Shown piece by piece: positions 19,429-26,764 of a DNA stretch of 64,000 bases. Position 1 is the first letter of the stretch; every line of letters starts with the position of its first letter. The notes under the pieces are model-generated. The model was not told the origin of the DNA. It made no database searches and saw only the letters and a program-made list of their open reading frames with translations. Source of the DNA: Planctomycetota bacterium. Its GTDB lineage: Bacteria > Planctomycetota > UBA1135 > GCA-002686595. A program made the position numbers and the translations under genes. The stretch is taken from assembly GCA_965662355.1 (NCBI GenBank), contig CBFIHP010000007.1:218859-282858 (forward strand), in the 5' to 3' direction.

Positions 19429-20436
19429 CTACCCACCCGGCGGCATTCGTGAACGGGTCGCTCCAACTCGGACTCTGTTCATCAAACCGAACACGAGAGC
19501 AAATAGCCCACCGCCAGACACCGGCACCAACATGCGTCCAACCAGGTCCTGAATCTCCGCCGGGTTTCCGCTACCACCGGTGTTGGAGATGTAGTTCAGC
19601 CCAACGAGCTGGATCAGGGTCGCGACATACAATCCGGCCACGAGCTGGGTCTGTGTCAGTAGGGCCACCAGGTCCGGTCCTGCTGAGGTGGGATTGCGAA
19701 GCGCCCGGAAGAGTTCCCTGGGCGACGCGTGAGGACACAGCACCACCCAGGGCAGAAGCGCCACCACGAGCAGGCTCCAGGCGACGAAGGCAGAATCCAG
19801 CAAACCCGCCGCTGGAAGCACATAGTTCACTCCGGATCCCTCGACACCGATGGCCGGGTACCGATACACGAAGACTGACAAGAGCACGACCAGCGGACAG
19901 GCGAACAGCCCGATCCAGGCAAGAGGATCCAGCGGACGCAACAGCGAGTGCTTTGTATCCGCCGTAGCCGAACGCGCCCGAACGGCACACGGCATCAAGA
20001 GGAAGGCCCCCAAGAAACCAACCACCAAGGGCCCATACTGGACGTAGGTGCAATAGCGATACTCACCCATGAAGCCTGCCGAAATCAACGGACTCTCCGG
20101 CCAGTAGAACGAAACGAGATAGACCCCGTTGACGAGCAGGGTTCCGTAGAGCAACCCACGGGCCGCGGCGGCCAGGGTCTTGCCAGCGCTCGCCCCATCC
20201 ACACATTCTGCCCCCAAGGCATAGCGTGTTGCCGTTTTCAGACCACTCCAGCGCCCAGCGACAAGGGCTGCAAACAGGCAGACAACGAGGGGAAGTGGAT
20301 CGATGACCTGCCGCAAGAGAATCCCCAAATGGATGCTCGAGTCCCCTTCGGTCCGATAACCCGGAACCCCGGCGAGCAAGAGCGCGGTGCAACCGAGCAG
20401 TACAAGAAGCCAAAGCGTCCTCATCAGGATCTTCAT
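19429..20436 (-). CDS. Polytopic integral membrane protein (hypothetical).
   Basis: There are about eight predicted hydrophobic helices. The start is at MKILMRTLWLLVLLG (complement of 20434-20436). It lies 23 bp downstream of the dual-methyltransferase gene on the same strand. Confidence 0.6.
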   Translation of the reverse strand: MKILMRTLWLLVLLGCTALLLAGVPGYRTEGDSSIHLGILLRQVIDPLPLVVCLFAALVAGRWSGLKTATRYALGAECVDGASAGKTLAAAARGLLYGTLLVNGVYLVSFYWPESPLISAGFMGEYRYCTYVQYGPLVVGFLGAFLLMPCAVRARSATADTKHSLLRPLDPLAWIGLFACPLVVLLSVFVYRYPAIGVEGSGVNYVLPAAGLLDSAFVAWSLLVVALLPWVVLCPHASPRELFRALRNPTSAGPDLVALLTQTQLVAGLYVATLIQLVGLNYISNTGGSGNPAEIQDLVGRMLVPVSGGGLFALVFGLMNRVRVGATRSRMPPGG

Positions 20437-20459
20437 GGGGCTTGGCCCTGGAAGTGTTG

Positions 20460-21818
20460 TCAGCGCGGACTGCGCTCGGCTTCGAAGAAACAGAGATGTT
20501 GCCACGGCAGTTCTTCGAAGCCGCCAACCTGCTTCAGACCATTGGCTTCGAATTCGGCGACGATCTGGTCACGCTTCATCTTGTGCAGTGGCTTGATCGG
20601 AACATCGGGGTCCTCGGCGCGAAATTCGAGCACGGCGACGCGGCCGCCGGGCTTCAGCGCGCGCCGAATGGAAGCCAGCATCGGGACGGGATGGCTCAGC
20701 TCGTGGTAGACATCGGCCAGGAGCACGAGATCGCAAGATGCCGGCGGTAATGGCGCGTCGAGCAGCGTTCCGAGAACCGGCTCGACGATTTCGAGGCCTT
20801 GCTGGGCCGCGCGTTCTTCGAGCTGGCTCAGCATCTCGGGCTGGATGTCGATGCCGTAGACATGCCCTTCGGGTCCAACGAGCCGCGCCAGCTGCAGGGT
20901 GTGGTAGCCGTTCCCACAGCCGAAGTCCGCCACGCTTTGACCGGGCTTCACGCCCAGCGCTCCGAGCATCTTGGCCGTCGCTTCCTCCCGGGCTCGCTCG
21001 TCGCGCAGGAGCCATTGGCCGCCCGTCCAGTGCATGGTCTTGGCGATCGTGCGCCCCATGTACACACGAGGCGCGATTGGGCCATCTTTGGGCGAGCGGA
21101 ATTCCAGCACGAGGTGGGGCCAGTGGGGTCCCTCGACGATCCAGCGCCGTCCCGGCTCGAAGCCGTAAGCTGCAAAGTCACGGAGCGTGTTCTCGAGAAG
21201 CGCCCTGCGCGTGTCGAGCTCCCTCAACTCGGAGGAGGTCACATAGGTGACGACGACCTGCCCCCCCGGAGCGATGACCTTTTGCAGCGATGTCAGAAAG
21301 GCGTGCTTGTCCTGTCCGCCGCGACCGTCGAGCAAGATGACGAATTGATAGGCATCCGAGAGCAACGCCAGGTCGATGGAACCGGGCTCGAGGCCGACGT
21401 TGGTCTTCGTCGCGAGGAGAACCTCGACGTTGGTCAGGCCTTCTGTCTTGGCGGCCGCTCGCAGGGCGTCACAGTCCTCGCGATCGATCTCGGTCGCGAA
21501 CAGACGCCCCTCGGCCCCCACACGTTGCGACAAACCGAGCAGGTGGCGACCCCGACCTGCGCCGATGTCCGCCAGCCGCAAACCATGGACATCCCCCACC
21601 GCGTGTACGGCCAACGCATAGACGTCGGCCTCCGCAAGACCCGCTCGGCGTGCGGGAATCGGAGGGTCGCTGAGGGGACGGGGTTCGAAACCCAGTCGCG
21701 TCTCGAAGGGAACCGGATCCGCCTTCGGGCCTTCCTGCGCGAACGTTGACAGAGCTCCGATCCCGCAAAAAAAAACGGAGGGCAGGCAACGGCACAGGCT
21801 CAGAATCCAGTCGCTCAT
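20460..21818 (-). CDS. Protein with two tandem class I SAM-methyltransferase domains and an N-terminal signal/anchor sequence.
   Basis: Domain 1 is LADIGAGRGRHLLGLSQRVGAEGRLFATEID. Domain 2 is VADFGCGNGYHTLQLARLVGPEGHVYGIDIQPEML...LKPGGRVAVLEF. The start is at MSDWILSLCRCLPSVFFCGIGALSTFAQEG (complement of 21816-21818). The track ORF extends to 21971. Confidence 0.75.
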   Translation of the reverse strand: MSDWILSLCRCLPSVFFCGIGALSTFAQEGPKADPVPFETRLGFEPRPLSDPPIPARRAGLAEADVYALAVHAVGDVHGLRLADIGAGRGRHLLGLSQRVGAEGRLFATEIDREDCDALRAAAKTEGLTNVEVLLATKTNVGLEPGSIDLALLSDAYQFVILLDGRGGQDKHAFLTSLQKVIAPGGQVVVTYVTSSELRELDTRRALLENTLRDFAAYGFEPGRRWIVEGPHWPHLVLEFRSPKDGPIAPRVYMGRTIAKTMHWTGGQWLLRDERAREEATAKMLGALGVKPGQSVADFGCGNGYHTLQLARLVGPEGHVYGIDIQPEMLSQLEERAAQQGLEIVEPVLGTLLDAPLPPASCDLVLLADVYHELSHPVPMLASIRRALKPGGRVAVLEFRAEDPDVPIKPLHKMKRDQIVAEFEANGLKQVGGFEELPWQHLCFFEAERSPR

Positions 21819-22121
21819 CGTCTTACTTTTCCGGGGAGGACGAACGTGTCCGTGATTTCCGTATGCGAATGCCATGGGACGGCCTGCCCCGGACCTGGCG
21901 CAAGGAGACGGTAGACCGGGCGCCTCCGCCAGGGTTTCTCGCTGTTCCGTTTCGTGGTTGCCGGGGTCCATTCAAAAGACAGGGTAGCCTCCGCAGGCAC
22001 CGTTCGAGGAGTAGCGTCCCTACATCGCCCCAGGCCCTGAAAAGAGGCCTTTTGGCGAGATCCTCGACAAAGGCGTTCGCCTTTTGTTAGGGTTCGGACT
22101 CGACCTGGGGAGGAAGACACG

Positions 22122-25100
22122 ATGTACATTCCCCTCAGGACCCACAGCTGGCATTCCCTGCTCACCGGGCTGGACTCGCCCGCCACCTTGCTCGCACAGG
22201 CGGCGCGGCTCGGGTTTCCCGCGTTGGGGCTCTGCGATGTCGACACGCTGGCCGGGACGGTCGAACTCTTGAAGGCGGCCGAACAGAGTGGTGCGCCGCG
22301 GCCCGTTTTGGGAGCAGAGATCTCGGATCCTTCGGGGCAGCCTGGGCGGGTGGTGGCGCTCGCACGCAATGCGAAGGGATACGGGAATCTGTGCAGGCTC
22401 GTCTCGGCGCGTCAGGTCGGTGACGATCCCGGGGCCCTGGATGCGCATCTCGAGGCCGACAACTTCGAGCTGATCGAATCGGTGTTGCGATTTCGCGAGG
22501 GGCTCATCTTCCTGGTCGATCATCCGCGACTCGTCATCGCATTAGGGGGACGCCTGGAACGCGAGCAGCTTTTCGTCGCCATTGCACCGGCGTGCTTTGC
22601 GAAGAAAGGCCGTGCCAGCCAGAGAGCCTTCGTGATCGAGGCTCCGAAGGTTCCCCCACCGAGCCGAGCGGTTCCCGTCGAGGCGTTGCTCGAGTGCGCA
22701 CAATCGAGTGGCCTGGCTACGTTGGCCGTGCCCGATGTTTACTGGGCCCGACGCGGAGGGTTCGAACATCACCGCATGCGCACGGCGATCAAACACAATG
22801 CCCTGCGCTGCGATCTGCCCGAGAGCTGGCTGGCGGAAAGGCCGGCACATATGATCGCGCCCGAGGAACTGGCGAAGTTGTTCGCACCGCTTCCCGATTG
22901 CGCGGGCCCATTCCCAAGGCCACGCGGAAGTGTTCCGGGAGCGCTTGCGCGCACGCTCGAAGTCGCCGATGAATGTCGCTTCGTACCGACATTAGGGGAT
23001 GTGATCTTTCCCGAGGCTCAACTGGCGGAGACGGAGACAGCCTACTCACGGCTTTGCCAGCTGGCCTTCGACGGAGCTCAGAGACGTTTTGCACCGCTAC
23101 GCCCCGAGGTGGTGCGACGACTCGACTTCGAACTGTCCACGATCGACGAGCTGGGATTCGCGCCGTACTTCCTCCTGGTCAAACGCATCGCGGACTACGC
23201 CCACGATAAGGACATCCCGTACGTGGGGCGTGGATCGGCAGCGGACAGCCTCGTGGCTTATTGCCTGGATCTGACCGATGCGGACCCCTTGCGCTATCGC
23301 TTGCCATTCGAGCGCTTCTTGAACCCCGCGCGCAAGGATCGCCCCGACATCGACCTGGACTTCTGTTGGCGCCGGCGCGACGAGGTGATCGAGCACGTGT
23401 GGGAAGCCTTCGGCGCCGAACGTACGGCGATGATCGCCACGTGGAATCGCTTTGGTTTGCGCTCGGCTTTTCGCGAGGCAGCTCTGGCCGAGGGGTTGCC
23501 GCCGGTCGAGGTCAGTCGCTGGTCGAAACGCCTGCCCTGGGCGGTCGGCGGTGGCGAGGCGGATGCCTTCGATGGAACTGCGGGAGGAGCGGAAAATCCC
23601 GACGACTCCTCTGGTACGACAGGCGAGCCGAACGAATTCGACCCCCCTCGGGCGCCGAGCGATCCGCACTCGTCTGCGACCGGCTTGCTTCGCGAACTTC
23701 CTCCCAATCTTCGACAAAACCCCATCGCACTCGCCTTCGCCGCCACGCCGGAGTGTCGCGGCTTCCCCTTCGAGGATGCCCGCTATGCCTTCGTTCTGAA
23801 CGTATCGGCTGCGCTGCTGAATGCCCCACGTCACCTGGGCTTGCATCCGGGGGGCGTCGTCGTTTCTCCGGGACCGATCACCGACGTACTTTCGTGCCAG
23901 CGCGCCGCGAAAGGCGTTCTGATGACGCAGATCGAAAAGGACGGCGTCGAGGCCCTGGGGCTCGTGAAGATGGACCTGCTCGGCAACCGTGCCTTGACGG
24001 TGATCGACGATTGCTTGAAGTCGCTCGGTGACGAAGCTCCTGATCTCGAAAAGATCGCGGAGGACGATCTGCGAACGAAGGACCTGCTCGTGAACGGCCG
24101 CACCCTCGGTTGCTTTCAGGTCGAATCGCCGGGCATGCGCAACCTGCTCCTGCAAACCACGTCGCGCACGATGGACGATGTGATCCAGGCGGTCGCCTTG
24201 ATCCGCCCCGGCCCCGCTGGGTCGGGGATGAAGGACGCCTATGTTCGCCGCTTCCGAGGGCTCGAATCTCCACGTGCCCCCCACCCGCGCCTCGAAGAGC
24301 TGCTGTGGGAAACGCACGGAGTTCTGCTCTATCAAGAAGACGTGATGCAATCGGTCGTCTTGATCGCGGGCTTCGACCTGGCCGATGCGGATCGGCTGCG
24401 GCGTGCGCTTTCGAAACATCGCTCGCAAGAGCTGCAGGATCTACGCCGGCGCTATTTCAGCGGGTGCGAGCGCAACGGTATCTCGAAAAAAGACGCCGAG
24501 CACATCTGGGAGCTCGTCTCGAATTTCTCCTCCTTCGGTTTTTGCAAGGCACACGCGGTCACGTACGGACGTATCTCGTACCGCACCGTGTACCTGAAGG
24601 CCCATCATCCCGCGGCCTTTCTCACCGCCTTCCTCAACAGCGAGACCGGCTACTACGCTACCCGTGTGTACATCGAGGAAGCTCGCCGGATGGGCATCGC
24701 CATCCTGCCACCCGACATCAACAAGAGCACCTGCGAATTCCTGCTCGAAAAGAACGCCATCCGCGTCGGGCTCCAACGGGTGCGCGGTATCACCGAGGCC
24801 ACCCTGGGCATGATCTTCGAGGCCCGCGAACACGACGGTCCGTTCCTTTCCCTGCCCGACTTCCTGACGCGCACCCGTGCGCGCGTGGATGAAACGGAAA
24901 AGCTGATCCTGTGTGGAGCCTTCGATGCCTTCGATCGCACGCGCCCCGAGATGCTGTGGCGCTTGCATCTGTTGAAGACGCCCCAACGTCGCCCTCCCTC
25001 GGATGTCGAACGACTCGAGCCCCTGGATCGGGGCTTGCTCGATGCTTGCAAGACCACGCCGGAAGAGCGTGCCCGTGAAAGCACCGGCGGTTGGTCCCAA

Positions 25101-25607
25101 CACGGCCTGGGCGTATCGGGGATCGATCTTTCCGGCGGCGAGAGTGCCAGCCTCTTTCCCACCCCCCCGACCCCTTCACTCGCTCTCCCTCCGCGGCCCG
25201 AACTCGACCCCGACCACCGTGGCCGACTCGAACTCGAGCTGCTCGGACTCACAACGACACTCCATCCCACGCAGCTCTTCCCCTGCAGCGGCGAAGAACG
25301 CGCGCGCAACATCCCCCCCGTCGTGCCCTGCAATGAAATCGACCGGCACCGCGACAAACGTATCTCGCTCCGCGGCTGGCTGGCCGCCTCGCGTCGGGTG
25401 CGTACGAACGACGGTCGCTGGATGCGCTTTCTCACCATGGAAGACCCAGGCGGTATCGCCGAGGTCGTGTGCTTCTCCGACGTCTACGAACGCGATGGCC
25501 ACCGTTTGAGCGACGGAGCTGGTGGCAAGGGCGGCCCTTTCCTGATCTCGGGCCGCGTCGAGGATCAGATGGGGTCGTGTACGGTGCACGCAGAACGCAT
25601 CTGGTAA
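22122..25607 (+). CDS. dnaE2: DnaE-family DNA polymerase III alpha subunit, most likely the error-prone DnaE2/ImuC type.
   Basis: There is an N-terminal PHP domain with degenerate metal ligands (YIPLRTHSWHSLLTG, LCDVD). The polymerase core is GRGSAADSLVAYCLDLTDADPLRYRLPFERFLNPARKDRPDIDLDF. A C-terminal OB fold (ISLRGWLAASRRVRTNDGRWMRFLTMEDPGG) is present and the protein ends without a tau-binding tail, which is the DnaE2-like architecture. A GGAGG SD lies 9 nt upstream. A low-complexity insert sits around aa 470-540. Confidence 0.8.
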   Translation: MYIPLRTHSWHSLLTGLDSPATLLAQAARLGFPALGLCDVDTLAGTVELLKAAEQSGAPRPVLGAEISDPSGQPGRVVALARNAKGYGNLCRLVSARQVGDDPGALDAHLEADNFELIESVLRFREGLIFLVDHPRLVIALGGRLEREQLFVAIAPACFAKKGRASQRAFVIEAPKVPPPSRAVPVEALLECAQSSGLATLAVPDVYWARRGGFEHHRMRTAIKHNALRCDLPESWLAERPAHMIAPEELAKLFAPLPDCAGPFPRPRGSVPGALARTLEVADECRFVPTLGDVIFPEAQLAETETAYSRLCQLAFDGAQRRFAPLRPEVVRRLDFELSTIDELGFAPYFLLVKRIADYAHDKDIPYVGRGSAADSLVAYCLDLTDADPLRYRLPFERFLNPARKDRPDIDLDFCWRRRDEVIEHVWEAFGAERTAMIATWNRFGLRSAFREAALAEGLPPVEVSRWSKRLPWAVGGGEADAFDGTAGGAENPDDSSGTTGEPNEFDPPRAPSDPHSSATGLLRELPPNLRQNPIALAFAATPECRGFPFEDARYAFVLNVSAALLNAPRHLGLHPGGVVVSPGPITDVLSCQRAAKGVLMTQIEKDGVEALGLVKMDLLGNRALTVIDDCLKSLGDEAPDLEKIAEDDLRTKDLLVNGRTLGCFQVESPGMRNLLLQTTSRTMDDVIQAVALIRPGPAGSGMKDAYVRRFRGLESPRAPHPRLEELLWETHGVLLYQEDVMQSVVLIAGFDLADADRLRRALSKHRSQELQDLRRRYFSGCERNGISKKDAEHIWELVSNFSSFGFCKAHAVTYGRISYRTVYLKAHHPAAFLTAFLNSETGYYATRVYIEEARRMGIAILPPDINKSTCEFLLEKNAIRVGLQRVRGITEATLGMIFEAREHDGPFLSLPDFLTRTRARVDETEKLILCGAFDAFDRTRPEMLWRLHLLKTPQRRPPSDVERLEPLDRGLLDACKTTPEERARESTGGWSQHGLGVSGIDLSGGESASLFPTPPTPSLALPPRPELDPDHRGRLELELLGLTTTLHPTQLFPCSGEERARNIPPVVPCNEIDRHRDKRISLRGWLAASRRVRTNDGRWMRFLTMEDPGGIAEVVCFSDVYERDGHRLSDGAGGKGGPFLISGRVEDQMGSCTVHAERIW

Positions 25608-25668
25608 GCCCAGATCCTTCAAGATCCGCTCGTTCGCGGCCGTTTGATTCCCATCGCTTTCAAGCGCG

Positions 25669-25860
25669 ATGTCAGCGTGGCCGGGTGCAACCAGCTTCTA
25701 CATGGCGACGGTCAACGCGGATGGTTGGCCTTACCTGCAGTTCCGAGGCGGCCCGAAGGGCTTCCTCAAGACGATCGACGATCACACCCTGGCCTACGCG
25801 GACTTCCGCGGCAACCGCCAGTACATCAGCACCGGCAACCAGCCCCTACCTGTCCTGATA
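25669..25860 (+). pseudogene. Remnant of a pyridoxamine 5'-phosphate oxidase-like (PNPOx/COG3576-type FMN-binding) gene.
   Basis: The ORF fragment ATVNADGWPYLQFRGGPKGFLKTIDDHTLAYADFRGNRQYISTGN matches the conserved N-terminal core of PNPOx-like proteins. The expected leader of about 30 aa and the whole C-terminal half are missing. The frame runs straight into the convergent GcrA-like gene and loses similarity there. Confidence 0.35.
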
Positions 25861-26556
25861 GCGCAGGCTGACGTTCTCGCGGCCCATGTCGCGCAGTCGC
25901 TCGGTGGACTTCTTCAGGCCCAGGTGGTGGGCCTTGGAAACGACGCTCTTGACGGAACGACCGAGGTGCTGGGCGATGTCCAGGTTGGACTCGGTCGAGT
26001 ACTCGCGCTTCAGGAGCTCGAGCTCGTCGGAGCTCCAGCGCGGCATCTTGGTGGCGGCTTCGCCTTGTAGCTTGCGCAGGAAGGCTTTGTCCTTGGCCAG
26101 AGCATGCCTGACCGCATAGGTCCGGATCTCCTCCTCGGTGCGGCCGAAGATGCGCGAGAGGTCCTCGTCGGTCCGGGTGCCGTAGATACGCTTGAAATCA
26201 GCGGTCTCCTCGCGGCTCCAGGCTCCTCCGCGCTTGATACGACCAAGCTCAAGGATGCGCTCGTTCACCTCTTCGAGGCTGCGTCCGAGAATGCGGGCGA
26301 TGACCTCGGGGGTGGTGGCACCGAGGTACTTCTTGAGATCGACCGCCTCCTTGGCCGTCCAGGGACCGCTCTTGGTCCCCGTGGGAAAGAGTTTTTCCGC
26401 CATGCGGCGGACACTCGCAACCGGACGGTTCAACTCACGCGCGATTGACGCGTCGTCACGAAGCCCGTAGAGCCGCCGCAGGCGAGCTTGCTCCGCCTGT
26501 GACCAACGTCCACGCCGCGGCGTAGAGGATCGATTATTACTGCCGTCTGTCTGCAT
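25846..26556 (-). CDS. DNA-binding protein made of four tandem GcrA-N-terminal/Myb-like helix-turn-helix (HTH) repeats.
   Basis: There are four repeats of about 48 aa, each following W-x2-E-x3-L-x3-Y-x7-IA-x2-LGRS-x3-V-x2-K-x3-LGL. Examples are RWSQAEQARLRRLYGLRDDASIARELNRPVASVRRMAEKLF and RWSSDELELLKREYSTESNLDIAQHLGRSVKSVVSKAHHLGLKK. This pattern matches the N-terminal DNA-binding domain of GcrA. Confidence 0.7.
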   Translation of the reverse strand: MQTDGSNNRSSTPRRGRWSQAEQARLRRLYGLRDDASIARELNRPVASVRRMAEKLFPTGTKSGPWTAKEAVDLKKYLGATTPEVIARILGRSLEEVNERILELGRIKRGGAWSREETADFKRIYGTRTDEDLSRIFGRTEEEIRTYAVRHALAKDKAFLRKLQGEAATKMPRWSSDELELLKREYSTESNLDIAQHLGRSVKSVVSKAHHLGLKKSTERLRDMGRENVSLRYQDR

Positions 26557-26646
26557 CCGTCTCCCCCCTGGGTGTCTCCTCCAAAGGACGAATGTGCCGC
26601 TCCCTAGGACGGCGCAAATCCTCGAGGCGCTGCCTCAAGGTCGGGA

Positions 26647-26674
26647 GCGAACGTTCGCGAGTCGAACGTTCGCG
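26647..26674. promoter_or_regulatory. Twin perfect palindromes GCGAACGTTCGC and CGAACGTTCGCG in the promoter region of the GcrA-like gene.
   Basis: The 12-bp perfect inverted repeats lie at 26647-26658 and 26663-26674. Their centres are 16 bp apart, about 90-120 bp upstream of the GcrA-like start, and they also sit between that gene and the ptsI 3' end. Confidence 0.4.
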
Positions 26675-26764
26675 GGTAATTCTAGCCCCTAGGGACTGCC
26701 CAGGATAGCTCCCAAATGGCGGGAGTCGGATATCTAAATCCTGGACCTCGCGTTTTCCGGCTTG

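Noticed and set aside
21819-22121. LexA/SOS box upstream of dnaE2.
   Set aside because: There is no convincing CTGT-N8-ACAG, GTTC-N7-GTTC, GAAC-N4-GTTC or CTRHAMRYBYGTTCAGS-type match. Only a short hairpin, AAAGGCGTTCGCCTTT, and a CGAACGTGTCCG segment are present.
26647-26674. Interpretation of CGAACGTTCG as a Cheo-type LexA box.
   Set aside because: The Cheo box is CGAAC-N4-GTTCG. Here the half-sites abut with no spacer, so it is treated as a distinct palindromic operator.
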